In this document: one piece after another, positions 38,854 to 49,646 of the stretch
How the letters are laid out: every line of letters begins with the position of its first letter
Numbering within the stretch: the stretch's first letter is position 1
NCBI GenBank assembly: GCA_963806855.1
Contig: CAWDYW010000001.1
Coordinates: forward strand, 1,344,001 to 1,408,000
DNA length: 64,000 nt
DNA from: an uncultured Verrucomicrobiae bacterium
GTDB lineage: Bacteria; Chlamydiota; Chlamydiia; Chlamydiales; Rhabdochlamydiaceae
Direction of reading: 5' to 3'
Program-made: the position numbers and the translations under genes
The notes under the pieces: model-generated
Seen by the model: the letters and a program-made list of their open reading frames with translations, nothing else
The model's database searches: none
Told to the model about the DNA's origin: nothing

Positions 38854-41018
38854 TTAATCACCCATCTTGGGCCATTTAATATCCACGGGGAAGCTTAAGC
38901 TTGGCAGAAGATGATTGAGCGCTTTGAGGATCTCGTCGTGATGCTTGAGGCAATGTGAATGGATCGTCTCGAGGGTGTGGATCGCCCGTTTGAACTGCGT
39001 TTGGTCGATGGAGCGCTCTCGGATGAGCAGCGCAGGACTATAGAAGATCCATAGCAGAAGCTCTTTTTCAGCGCGGCTCCACTTGGCTGGATCGGAGACC
39101 ATTCGAAGGAACCCGAAGAAGACGGCTGTCTGCTCCATTCCGGTATCGATCGCATCTTTGCAAGTAAAGCTGATCGAGTCGATGTTGAGAATTTCGATCA
39201 CTTTTAGTGTGAAGATGGTGTAGAAGATCTCGATGAAGCTTTGCCGCTCCTGGCGTGTGAGGCTGGTTTTAGCATCAAAAAACTGTTCGTGGATCATCTT
39301 GAGCGCGGGATTGATGAACTCGTCGATCTTTTCTTTTTTGAGCAGATCAGGAAGGTGGTAGCCGCACTCCTGGCCACTGAGAATTTGCGATTTGAATGCC
39401 TCCATGAAGACGGGCGCGCCAGCGTAAGATTGATATTCGTCCGCTTGGTTATAGAAGCTGGTGTTTTTAGGGAGTCCTAGGACAGGAATCGTTTCAAAAT
39501 AGGCGGCCATTTGCTTAAGTCTTCGAGGGCTTTGCAGCGGGCAAATTCTTTCCACGAAGTGCGGTCCTGAAGGTTGATGAGAAGGTGCCTATCGGGCTTT
39601 AGTTCGTCGCGCAGGTAGCGGAGAAAGCCGGTAAATTCGGGGACGATCTGCACTTCTTGAATGGTGGTCTGTTTGACCGGTGCTGGGATGCGCAACACAG
39701 TCACATGAAACTTTTTCTGGCTGAAGCTGAAGAGCTGCGAGGGGAAATTTTCGTGCATCAGCGGGTCGTACCCCTCATACTCTTCCTCTTCACGGAACAT
39801 ATCGAGGGTCCTCATCAGAGGGCCATTTGGATAGTGGCGAGTCAAGTAGCGGAGGCTTTCATCGTCGTCGTTTAGATCTGTCCAAAGCTGCAGTTTCTTT
39901 TCATCAGCTTCGGGTTTGGTGCGGGGGCCCCGGAGCTCATCGCCTCGCTTAATCATCTGGTCGATTAATTTCAGAGCCTCTTTTCTAGGCTCAATACGCA
40001 TGAAGAAGAAGGCACAGAGGGCATGGGTCAGGGTTAGCAGTGAGTGCATCTGCTGATCTTCTTCGATATCCCCTGTCAGCCACTCTTGGTAGCGGGGAGA
40101 GTTCAGCGCGGCACGTAAGAAACGGTGAAAATCGCTGAAATACTCGATGCAGCTTTTAAAGCTCTGATTTTCGATCAGGTGGACCGGGCTGGCAGCCATC
40201 CGTAGCGCCATGACCGCTTTGATGATGTTCCCTTCATAGGGGCGATCCTTATGCTGCATTCCCCCTTTGTAAAACTCATCGAGCAGCGGCGCTACCTGTC
40301 GGAAAAGCTCTCTCGCCCCTTCGAAAAGCTCGTGGTCTAGGAGCTCTCGCAATTGGAGCAGAGGGTCCTCTCCTTCGGCTTTCGAGATGAGCTCGTCGAA
40401 GTTGCCGAGCAGACGGATATGCCGGATGAGGTTCTTGCTAAAATAGGGCCTCCCTTCCTCATTTTTAATGAAGAATAGCTCGTAGCCCTGGTCTTTGCGG
40501 ACTGCCTCGAGGTCTTTAAATCCCTGCATTTCGGTCTCGACGCTGCCCAATTCTTCTTCCAAATCAAATTCCCATTCTTCCGGGATCTCTTTAGGGATAT
40601 TGCTCTGGCCAAGGATATGCTGCTTATAGTACTTGCGCAGGTCGGTGTATTCCTTGAGCTTCGAGATCGGTTTGTAGCGTTGGGGAGAAAGGGCGGCAAA
40701 CTTGTCCATCTTTTGGACCGCTTCGTGGGCCAGGAGGATGATCGCTTGGATCCCCTTCATCGTTTGGGGGTCATTGAGGATCTGACGATCTTTCCGGACG
40801 ATATTCTGGAGGTAGCGGTGCAGCACCCTAAAGGTCTCTTTGATCGCCCCTTCATTGCGAAGAGCGTGCCTTGGATCGCGCCAATTGATCTCGAGCGACA
40901 CCTCTTCCTCTTCGGAATCGAGATCGATGGGTGTTTTGAGGTCAACCTCAGACATATTGGAGAGGATGTCAACCGCCTCCATGACTGATAATTCTTCTTT
41001 ATTTCTTCCGATCGTCAT
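38854..41018 (-). CDS. Large hypothetical protein, split by one frameshift near 39511
   Basis: ORFs 39477..41018 and 38854..39555 join on adding one A (LSK-MAAYFETIPV); SFTCKDAIDTG motif. Confidence 0.7.
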
Positions 41019-41086
41019 AGCTCATTATTATAATATATAGAATTAATGGACAACAATTTTCGGTCTCGGTAAATAAGAAATAAGAG

Positions 41087-41902
41087 GTGACTATGAGAGC
41101 CATAATAGCGTTATTGATTTGTAATCTAGGGTTTGCAGCGACTATCCCCCAAACCTACACCAACCCCTCCAGCATCCGGATCACCCCCGAAGCTCCAACA
41201 CCAGAGCCCGATAATGTGCAGACTACAATCTTATTCCCCCGCTCTGGCGAGATCGAAAGCAATCCTGTGAATATTCAGGTTCGGCTCCTTGGGTTTCCCG
41301 TCGGAACGATGAGCGACTTTGAGAGAAGAAAAGAGCTCTATAATGACCCAGAGGGACAGAGTTTGCTCATTTTTATCGACAACTACCATCCCTTTGAGAT
41401 CTACACCTCGTTCGTCAATGCTCTCGACCAAAGCAACCTCTATTATGACCTGACTATGACCAAGTTGATCCCCTATGACCTAGATGAGGGAATGCACGTT
41501 ATCCGCACTTTCCCTGCCCGTTCCTATGGAGAAAGCCTGAAAAACCCCCTCTGCTTTCAAGCCCGAGTTTTCTATATAGGCTCGCAAGAGAATAATCTAG
41601 ACGTCGATCTGAACGCCCCCTATTTGACCTACAACGAGCCGCTCGAAACACTCACCTATGAAGCTGGGAAACCGCTCCTGCTCGACTTTTATCTCTCTAA
41701 CATCCAGCTTTCGCAAGATGGTTATAAGGTGAAAGTGACGATCGATGGCTCGGTGCAGAGGATCCTCACCAGTTGGACCCCCTATTTCATCTATGGGCTC
41801 AAAAGCGGGCAGCACAAAATTCGGCTGCAGCTGCTGGATGGGCAAAACCAGGTGGCGCCGGGGATTTTTAACGACGTCGAGCGGATCATCACGATTGAGT
41901 AG
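41087..41902 (+). CDS. Exported hypothetical protein with two beta-rich domains
   Basis: Signal peptide; GMHVIRTF and GQHKIRLQL repeats; AAGAGG RBS. Confidence 0.75.
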   Translation: MTMRAIIALLICNLGFAATIPQTYTNPSSIRITPEAPTPEPDNVQTTILFPRSGEIESNPVNIQVRLLGFPVGTMSDFERRKELYNDPEGQSLLIFIDNYHPFEIYTSFVNALDQSNLYYDLTMTKLIPYDLDEGMHVIRTFPARSYGESLKNPLCFQARVFYIGSQENNLDVDLNAPYLTYNEPLETLTYEAGKPLLLDFYLSNIQLSQDGYKVKVTIDGSVQRILTSWTPYFIYGLKSGQHKIRLQLLDGQNQVAPGIFNDVERIITIE

Positions 41903-41903
41903 A

Positions 41904-42012
41904 TCAGCCATTTTTAAACGCAAAGACGCGAAGGCGCAAAGACGCAGAAAAATTTAGTATTTTTTTATTGCGTCTTTGCGCCTTCGGCGTCTTTGCGTTT
42001 AAAGCTGGCTGA
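41904..42012. repeat. Family A inverted repeat, copy 4
   Basis: aaacgcaaagacgcgaaggcgcaaagacgca...tgcgtctttgcgccttcggcgtctttgcgttt. Confidence 0.92.
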
Positions 42013-42024
42013 CCACTCCAAAGC

Positions 42025-43105
42025 TTAAGCCGCGGCAGAATTTTGTCGGTTGATCTTTGTATGGAAAAGGTCCCAATTGAGCTCCATCCGAAAGGCATCT
42101 TCTGGAGGATCTTGGGGGCAGTAATTGGGCAGCTCTTCTTTGACTTCAAAGCCCCAGTTATCATAGAGAATTTTAGCTGGATTGCTTTTGCGCACTTGTA
42201 GCTGAACCGCCGGCTTTGTTGATGAAAGACCATGGAGAATCGCATGGAGCAATTGATCTCCAATGGTCAGCATCGTCGCACCGGGATTAATGCCCAGGCC
42301 GCTAATGTTTACCTTCCCGTCATCTTGGTGATACCAGCCAAAACCGAGGATTTCTCTGCTCCCCTTCTTTCTCGCAATCACGCAGCCACTCCCTGGCTTG
42401 GCTAATTCAGTTTTTAGATATTCTTTGGAATAGGTGTAAGTTTTCCCCATACAGACTCTCTCAAGAGCCTCGACTTGCTCTAAATCGCTCTCATTGCTTA
42501 GATTCAGCTCTTCTATCTGGAACTGGGCGAGTTTTCCTTCTAATCGGTCGAGCTCCATGCTGAAATCCAGTTCAATCGTCTCTCCATCGGCATTCATCAC
42601 TTTGGTATGGTTGAGATGCTCCAAGAATACCTTCCACACTTTCCTTAGATCCTCACGCTGAGACATATTGACCTTTTCCCCAAAGAAGGTGAGGGCATTG
42701 TGGAGCATGTGGTTTTGATAGGTTTGACCAAAACGGTCGAGCGGATAAGTTAGAAAATTCTTTAAACCTTTAAATTTATCTTCGGTTCTTTCATCTTTCC
42801 CCAGCTGTCTGTAGACATTCCTCAAGGTATCGAGCCGGTACTGGGCGATTTTGGAGGGAAAGGGGACCAAATAAGAAAAGAAAGACCGCCGCTCCCCCCA
42901 CAACTGCCCCGCCGATGGCTCCAGCTGTCACAGAAAAGCCTAGCTCAGCCAGTCCAAGACTGAGGCCAATCACACCGCCAAAGCTGGTGATCGCCGCTAT
43001 GAGCACTACCCGTGAGATCAGCTTAATGAGCTCTGTATAATGTTCCTCAGGGATAGGGAGAGGCTCAATAGGTTCATAGGATTGTTGATTAGATACCGCT
43101 TCCAC
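42025..43105 (-). CDS. Inc-like hydrophobic domain fused to RimI-like GNAT acetyltransferase; one frameshift near 42863
   Basis: 42791..43105 (bilobed hydrophobic) joins 42025..42903 (LQVRKSNPAKILYDNWGF...NY....EDAFRM) on removing one base in the GGGG run. Confidence 0.65.
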
Positions 43106-43135
43106 GGGTATATTTTAGCATAAATTGAACTGAAA

Positions 43136-43948
43136 ATGCATCTTTTAAAAAAAATTGTACTATTTTGCCTCGCTATGGTGACCCTCCATTACCTCTGCCG
43201 CACCCAAACGGATGGCTTTTCAAGGCTTAAGGTAGAGGCCGACCTGCCTTACGAGGCCAGTTGGGAGGGGGCCTCTATACCTGATCAGCCCTTCACCTAC
43301 CTGGGCTGCGGGGCACAAACGTTTGCCTTTGTCTCACAAGATGGTCAGACTGTGATCAAATTCTATCGGCACCATCGCTCTCGACATCCCCTTGCTTTTC
43401 TGGCGCCGCTTCTTCCCCGTCTGCAGCAGACAATAGCCAAGAGACAGGCCAAGCGGGCGAAGGATTTTGCCAGCTATCGGCTCGCCTTTGAGAAGCTTCG
43501 CGATGAGACGGGGCTGATTAGCATCCATCTCGGCAAGACAGACCAAATCCAAAAACGTCTGAAAATCTACGACAAGCTCGGCATCGAGCACTCAGTAGAT
43601 CTCGATCAAATGACGTTTCTTCTGCAACGAAAGGCGACCCCATTTTACGCCACTTTGGAAGAGTGGATCGATACGGGCTGCGAGACACAAGCCAAACAGG
43701 GAATTACTGAACTCATCTCTCTTCTACGAAGCCGATGCCAAAAAGGGATCTTCGACAAAGACCCCGACCTGCGCACCAACTTTGGCTTTTTGGATGGCCA
43801 CCCGATTCAATTCGACGTAGGACGCTTTAAAAATGAGCCTGAGCGGATCGAGGCCGGTGAACTCGTCCGGATCACCGATTCGCTTAAAGGTTGGCTAAAC
43901 GAAAAGGCGCCGCACCTAGCGGCCTATTTAGAAGAGGAGTTAAAATGA
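43136..43948 (+). CDS. Membrane-anchored atypical kinase-fold protein K1
   Basis: YLGCGAQ, VIKF, DKDPDLRTNFG, FDVG. Confidence 0.7.
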   Translation: MHLLKKIVLFCLAMVTLHYLCRTQTDGFSRLKVEADLPYEASWEGASIPDQPFTYLGCGAQTFAFVSQDGQTVIKFYRHHRSRHPLAFLAPLLPRLQQTIAKRQAKRAKDFASYRLAFEKLRDETGLISIHLGKTDQIQKRLKIYDKLGIEHSVDLDQMTFLLQRKATPFYATLEEWIDTGCETQAKQGITELISLLRSRCQKGIFDKDPDLRTNFGFLDGHPIQFDVGRFKNEPERIEAGELVRITDSLKGWLNEKAPHLAAYLEEELK

Positions 43949-44688
43949 TTAAGCGATTTATTTTCTTATCTCTGGCCTTCTGTGCTCTTGCCCCATTTTG
44001 CCAAAAGCAGACCGATGGTTTTGCAGTAGGAAAAGTGTCGACCCTTTTACTCGATGGAAGGAGCTCTGAGATGAGCATCCCCGCGCAGACTTTTCGCTAC
44101 CTTGGCAAAGGGGGGCAGAGCTATGTTTTTGTCTCTGAGGATAACCGGTATATCCTCAAACTCTTCCGCAGCTCAAGGCTCAATACCCTCAAGTTCTTCC
44201 TCCCATTTAGAAAGACGAAAATCGAACTCCTTGAAAACGATCTTAGAGAGACACTCCAGAGCTACTTGATCGCGGGCACCTACCTCAAAGAAGAAACGGG
44301 CCTTGTCGCCATCCATCTCGACCACACCCCCATCCTCCCCTTCAAATCGTCGACAAGTTGGGCATCGTCCATACCCTCACTAACTGCCCTTTTGTTATCC
44401 AAGAGAGGGCGATTTTAGTGAAGGAGAAGATTGCAGGCGAACCTGAGAAGGCGAAAGCGGCCTTGGCAAACTTAGAGGCCCTCATTCAACATCGGATTGA
44501 ACTGGGGATTTATGATGGAGATCCGAATTTGATCAAAAATTTTGGGTTTTGTGGCAATCGAGCCGATCCAGATTGACGGGGGCCGCTTCTCCTTATCTCC
44601 TCTGCCCGAAAATGACAAGCTAGAGTCCTCCAGAAAAGAACTCCTAAACTGGATCGAAGAACAGGGAGGGCTCTATGAAGCGATTTGA
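43945..44688 (+). CDS. Kinase-fold paralog K2 (two frameshifts near 44345 and 44563)
   Basis: YLGKGGQ, ILKLF, DGDPNLIKNFG, IDGGRF across frames; ATGA overlap with K1. Confidence 0.65.
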
Positions 44689-45511
44689 CCTCTCCCTGCG
44701 ACTCATCCTCATTCTCACTCTCTTTGTCGCCACCGCCCGCTGGACCCGCAAAATTACCGAAGGGTTCACAATCGCCACTATCCACTCCCAATATCCCTAC
44801 AATCCCAACTGGGAAGTGCAAAATCCTCCCCTACCCGATATTTTTGATCAGCGCTTCACCTTTCTCGGCTCTGGGGGGCAATGTTTTGCCTTTCTCTCCG
44901 AGGATGGGGCCTATGTGCTCAAGTTCTTCAAGAACCACTTAAATCGGGTGCTCCCTTGGCAAAAGGGGCGAAAACTGAAACTCGAGAGAAAATTAAGTCG
45001 CGATTTTGCAAGCTACAAGCTCGCCATGGAGAAATTGCCCGAGGATACCGGCCTGCTCTATGTCCATCTCAATAAAACCGACTCCCTGCAAAAGAGGGCC
45101 CACATCGTCGATAAATTGGGCATCGAGCATCAGGTAGACCTCGATCAGGTGGATTTCATCCTGCAAAGAAGAGCGGAGATGACCTACCCCCATTTGCTCC
45201 AGCTCGTGCAAAACAACGATCTTGCGGGTGCCAAGGAAGCGATCGACTCGATTTGCCACTTGATCATCGGCCGCTGCCAAAAAGGGATACACGACGAAGA
45301 TGCCAAAATCCACCGCAACTGCGGTTTCATCGGCAATCGGGCGATCATCATCGACGTTGGCAGGTTCAAAGAGGACCCCAGGCGGATCGATCCAGCCGTC
45401 CAAAGAAGCGATTTTGCCGAGTGCACCCAAAAGTTAAACCGCTATTTAGAGGAGATTTCTCCTGAACTGGCCCAATATTTCGAGGAAAATTATGCGAAAA
45501 CTCTTCATTAG
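44675..45511 (+). CDS. Kinase-fold paralog K3
   Basis: FLGSGGQ, VLKFF, DEDAKIHRNCG, IDVG. Confidence 0.7.
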   Translation: MKRFDLSLRLILILTLFVATARWTRKITEGFTIATIHSQYPYNPNWEVQNPPLPDIFDQRFTFLGSGGQCFAFLSEDGAYVLKFFKNHLNRVLPWQKGRKLKLERKLSRDFASYKLAMEKLPEDTGLLYVHLNKTDSLQKRAHIVDKLGIEHQVDLDQVDFILQRRAEMTYPHLLQLVQNNDLAGAKEAIDSICHLIIGRCQKGIHDEDAKIHRNCGFIGNRAIIIDVGRFKEDPRRIDPAVQRSDFAECTQKLNRYLEEISPELAQYFEENYAKTLH

Positions 45512-46310
45512 CCTGCTCATTTTTGTCGCCCTCGAGCGGTTTTGCTACTGGCAGACCGACGGATTTCGCTTTGCCAAAGTGGCGACGACCCATCAATACC
45601 CCTTCTCCTCCCCTTTTAAACCCCCTCCAGCCTGTTTGCAGCAGTCTTTTCATTATTTGGGCAAGGGTGTACAATTCTATGTGTTTATGGGAGAGGATCA
45701 GCAGACCATTTTAAAGCTCTTTAAGCACCATCACGCCGGCTTTTCGACCGATATCGTGCAATACCTCTTTCCTTCCATTATGGAAAAGAGAGAAAACCGG
45801 GTCCTCCGGCTGCTCAAGAGCGCGGACATTGCCCAAAAAGAGCTCCCAGAAGAGACTGCCGTCTTCTATACCCATCTATCCAAAAGCGATCATCACCTTG
45901 GGAAAATCAAGATCTACGACAAGCTGGGCATCGTCCATGAGCTCGATCTCGACCAGACCGAATTTCTTCTACAACAACGGGCAGTCCCCCTTGAGCAAAA
46001 GCTGCACGCCCTCTTTCACTTGAGCCAAACCGAAAAAGCGATTAGGGCCATGCAAAGCACCCTGAAACTTCTCGATGACCGGGCAACCAAAGGGATCAAA
46101 AATAAAGATGCCCGCATCTTGAGAAACTGTGGATTTATCGGTGACGAAGCGGTCGAGATCGACGTAGGCTCCTATGTCTATTCCGGCAACCACCACGCAT
46201 CGAAACGGGCCAAGGCAAAAGCCACTTCGAAATTGCTTCAGTTCGTCAAAACCCATTATCCAGACCAGCTTGAGTTATGCCAGGAGGGGCTGCGTGAGAG
46301 TGGCAATTAG
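45492..46310 (+). CDS. Kinase-fold paralog K4
   Basis: YLGKGVQ, ILKLF, NKDARILRNCG, IDVG. Confidence 0.7.
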   Translation: MRKLFISLLIFVALERFCYWQTDGFRFAKVATTHQYPFSSPFKPPPACLQQSFHYLGKGVQFYVFMGEDQQTILKLFKHHHAGFSTDIVQYLFPSIMEKRENRVLRLLKSADIAQKELPEETAVFYTHLSKSDHHLGKIKIYDKLGIVHELDLDQTEFLLQQRAVPLEQKLHALFHLSQTEKAIRAMQSTLKLLDDRATKGIKNKDARILRNCGFIGDEAVEIDVGSYVYSGNHHASKRAKAKATSKLLQFVKTHYPDQLELCQEGLRESGN

Positions 46311-47080
46311 AGTCTTCATCGCGCTGGTGTTGCTAGTTGGGCTCGAGCGGCTGATCCGGACCCAAACACGGGGATTCCGCATCGATAAGACCATCGCCGA
46401 ATATCCCTACAATCCGGCTTGGAGTATAGATGCCCCTGTACCAAAGGAGCTAAATCAAAAGTTCTATTTCCTCGGCAGTGGAGCGCAAACCTACTCCTTC
46501 ATCAGCGAAGATCAAACCACCGTCCTCAAACTCTTCAAGCATTACCATTGCTGGCCCAGTTCAAGAATACTTAAAAAACTTCCCGGGTCATGGAAAGCGC
46601 TCCCAAAGCGAGAGCAGCGGATGAAGAGCATTTTCGAGAGCGTGCTGCTCGCCTACAAAAAGCTGCCCGAAGAGACCCAAATCTTTCACCTTAGCCTCAA
46701 CCCCCAAGAAAAGCACTATCCTTCCATCATCCTCTTCGACAAAATTGGGATCCGCTACATCGTCGACCTCAATCAACCCCCTTCGTGCTGCAAAAGAAAG
46801 CCGAGCTACTCTACCCCTATCTGGAGCAGCATCCCGATGAGGCCAAAGCAATCATCGACTCATTTTTCACTTGCCTACGGACCCGAGTGCGCCAAGGAAT
46901 TGCCAACTCTGACGATCATGTGGGCCGCAATTTTGGCGTGTGCGATGGAAAAGTGGTCCAATTCGACATCGGCTCCTATTTTTTCGGCCAGCCGTCGGAG
47001 CAAAACACGCTCGAATTGAGAATTGGATCATCAAAAACAGACCCGACCTAGAAGGACATTTCAATGAAAACCGCCTTTAA
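46294..47080 (+). CDS. Kinase-fold paralog K5 (two frameshifts near 46778 and 47021)
   Basis: GTG start after AGGAGG; FLGSGAQ, VLKLF, NSDDHVGRNFG, FDIG; restored tail LRNWIIKNRPDL matches paralogs. Confidence 0.65.
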
Positions 47081-47921
47081 AATCCTCCTCTTCATCGGCC
47101 TCTTCATCGCCACAGAGCGATTCTGCCACAAAAAGACCCATGGGTTTCGGCTCAACAAAATCACCTCCGACCTCCCCCGCGATCCCGCGCTCGAAGTTGA
47201 GTGCGACTTCGACCCCAAAATCCTCGCCCAGCGCTACCACTTCCTCGATAGCGGGGGCGAGTGCTACGCCTTCCTCTCTGAAGATGGCCACTACGTACTC
47301 AAATTCTTCAAGCACCACCATATGCGCCTCCACAGCCCCCTCGATCCGTTCCTTCCCCAATGGGAGCTCGACCGACGCAAGATGCGCTATCACCGCTTTT
47401 TCAAAAGCTGCAAACTGGCCTATGAACACTTTCGCAAAGAGACAGGCCTCCTCTTTGTCCACCTCACCAAAAGCCAAAATCTGCAGACCAAACTGATCAT
47501 CACCGATCCCAATCACATCGCCCACCAGGTCGACCTCGATCAGCTCGAATTCACCATCCAGAAAAAAGTGACCATGGCCAAACCGCTGCTCACCACCCTC
47601 GCCAAAGCTGATGAGCTCGAAGAAGCTAAAGCCCGCCTTGACACCCTCCTAGCCCTCATCGTCGACCGTTGCAAAGCGGGCCTTGCCGACCACGATGCCC
47701 AGCTGCGCAACTTTGGATTCATCGGCCAAGAAGCGATCGAAGTGGACCTCGGCTCCTTTTCTCCTGACGAATCGCTCAAAACCCTTCCCGGAATCAAACG
47801 GACCCTCCTCCATGAGACCACGAAAATGCGCAAATGGATCAAAACCACCTACCCCGAGCTCGAAGAGCACCTGGATGAAAAAGTCAAAGAATTCTTGCAA
47901 GGGAATTCACAAATTTTGTAG
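47064..47921 (+). CDS. Kinase-fold paralog K6
   Basis: FLDSGGE, VLKFF, DHDAQLRNFG, VDLG. Confidence 0.7.
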   Translation: MKTAFKILLFIGLFIATERFCHKKTHGFRLNKITSDLPRDPALEVECDFDPKILAQRYHFLDSGGECYAFLSEDGHYVLKFFKHHHMRLHSPLDPFLPQWELDRRKMRYHRFFKSCKLAYEHFRKETGLLFVHLTKSQNLQTKLIITDPNHIAHQVDLDQLEFTIQKKVTMAKPLLTTLAKADELEEAKARLDTLLALIVDRCKAGLADHDAQLRNFGFIGQEAIEVDLGSFSPDESLKTLPGIKRTLLHETTKMRKWIKTTYPELEEHLDEKVKEFLQGNSQIL

Positions 47922-47955
47922 AGTTCGTAAAAGATTAATTCAAAGGGAGGTCTTC

Positions 47956-48396
47956 ATGAGCGATGAACACAAAAAAATGGAGCCAAAATCCTTTTGGTCC
48001 TTTCCACGATTCCGCCATCCCTTTTCCCTCTTTGAAAACATCGAGGACGATTGGGATGTGCATGAATTCACCAGCCCATCTGGCCTCAGCATCTCCGAAG
48101 ACAACGAACATATCTACGTCGAAGCGGCCCTGCCCGGCATCAGCCCCGAAGAGATCGAGATGATTTTCGATAAAGGGGTCCTCTGGATCAAGGCCGAGAA
48201 GCGGGAAGAGACCGAAGACAAAAAGAAAAAATTTTACCGCAAAGCGATGTGCTCCTTCTCCTACCGGATCGCCGTCCCCGGAGATATCGACGAGTCGAAA
48301 CAACCCGATGCCCTCTGCCAAAAAGGCATCCTCAAAGTGACCTTCTCCAAGACCAAGAAAGGCACCTCTAAAAAAATCCCTGTTAAGGGTGGATGA
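47956..48396 (+). CDS. Hsp20/alpha-crystallin small heat shock protein
   Basis: YVEAALPGISPEEI, SFSYRIAVPGDID, GILKVTFSK, C-terminal IPV; GGGAGG RBS. Confidence 0.9.
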   Translation: MSDEHKKMEPKSFWSFPRFRHPFSLFENIEDDWDVHEFTSPSGLSISEDNEHIYVEAALPGISPEEIEMIFDKGVLWIKAEKREETEDKKKKFYRKAMCSFSYRIAVPGDIDESKQPDALCQKGILKVTFSKTKKGTSKKIPVKGG

Positions 48397-48445
48397 GAAT
48401 CACTTAAGTCACTAAAATACAGCCCTTTATTAATTAAAAAAATCG

Positions 48446-48474
48446 TTGACAATAACACAGTCAATTGATATAAT
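48446..48474 (+). promoter_or_regulatory. Consensus sigma70/sigma66 promoter
   Basis: TTGACA-17-TATAAT exact match. Confidence 0.8.
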
Positions 48475-48502
48475 TAAACTTGATTAATTTTAAAGGAGTA
48501 AT

Positions 48503-48808
48503 ATGATTGATTTGACCCCATTATCTAAATTTTCCTCTGTTTTCGTAGCGACATCGCTTTTACACTATCGTACTTACCCGCCCGTTTCTGACATTTATCG
48601 CACCGGCTTCCTTATATCTGCTACAATCGCTGGCGTAATAGCACTTACCTCTGATCCTAAATTGGACCTAACTCCATTAAACCAAAAAGTCATTTTACCT
48701 CTTCTATGTGCAGGATTTTCATCTCTCACTATGATCTTTTGGTGCAAGCTAAGCCCGGCACTACCGCTACTTCCACCACTACCGCCACAACGAATGGCAG
48801 AATCATAG
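48503..48808 (+). CDS. Small hydrophobic hypothetical protein
   Basis: AAGGAG RBS, consensus promoter upstream. Confidence 0.65.
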   Translation: MIDLTPLSKFSSVFVATSLLHYRTYPPVSDIYRTGFLISATIAGVIALTSDPKLDLTPLNQKVILPLLCAGFSSLTMIFWCKLSPALPLLPPLPPQRMAES

Positions 48809-48866
48809 AAGAGATTTCTATAAATAATATTTATCTTTCAGGTTAGACTACATTTTGCTTATACTG

Positions 48867-49357
48867 ATGAGCATGATAAGTGCGAATATCAACACTTTAG
48901 TTGAAAAATACCAGGACCCTATAAAAGCGATTGCTACTATCTCAGGGACTACTCTGGCAGCTTTAAGTTCGAATTCTCCAGCATTACTCATGACAGTCTC
49001 AACTATTTCCGGTTTCATGGGAGCTGCATGTAGCGGATTAATAGCAGCAGAACTTTTAGTTAGTGTAGATGAAAGACCAAGAAAAACTATGATGCATTAT
49101 GGATTGCCCCCTACTTAATCGCTTCGGCACTCACTTCACAACGCACTGACATATCTCTCATGGTCGTCACGTCCGCATTTTCAATTGGCTTCATCTTTGG
49201 AAGTGCACTTTATTTTTTACACAATACTATTGTAGTACGTAAAGATGCCCTGAAAAAATCTTTTGTTGGATTGGTGGTAGTTATGAGTATCCTCTGTGCT
49301 CTAAAGCAAACCCCAGAAGATTACAAGAACAAGGAAGCTGAAGTGCCTCGTAAATGA
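48867..49357 (+). CDS. Hypothetical membrane protein, probably one gene split at CCCCC 49107-49111
   Basis: 48855..49118 and 49160..49357 connect via an open alternative frame PYLIASALTSQRTDISLMVV. Confidence 0.45.
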
Positions 49358-49646
49358 GGTATGATGCGGTAGGATTGCTTCCAAGTATAAATCATGTTTG
49401 AACAGCCATGCGTTAAAGCGTTTGCTGAATCGTGGTGTAATTTTTCCGATTTCAGCTAAGGCAAGTTTCAAATGAGCATTTATTTCTTTTTGGGAGGCCA
49501 TTCTAATCCCCTTCCTTTTAGACTTTTGTCCTGTTTTATGCACGCGGTGGGCTACTATCTCTCTCTTTGAACCTATCTCAATAAAAAGTTTCAGTCGATT
49601 TTCTGGATTATTTTGCCAAAAAAATCAAACAATTAAGGTGTATAAA

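Noticed and set aside
41904..42263. ORFs reading NAKTPKAQRR / LRLRVFAF
   Set aside because: Translations of the family A repeat, not genes
44330..47030. Programmed frameshifting or phase variation in K2/K5
   Set aside because: The same indel pattern hits housekeeping genes and the runs are short, so sequencing error is more parsimonious
49301..49543. Minus-strand ORF MASQKEINAHLKLALAEIG as a TA-module remnant
   Set aside because: Has an RBS-like site but no diagnostic motif, and it overlaps a plus-strand ORF; cannot be supported
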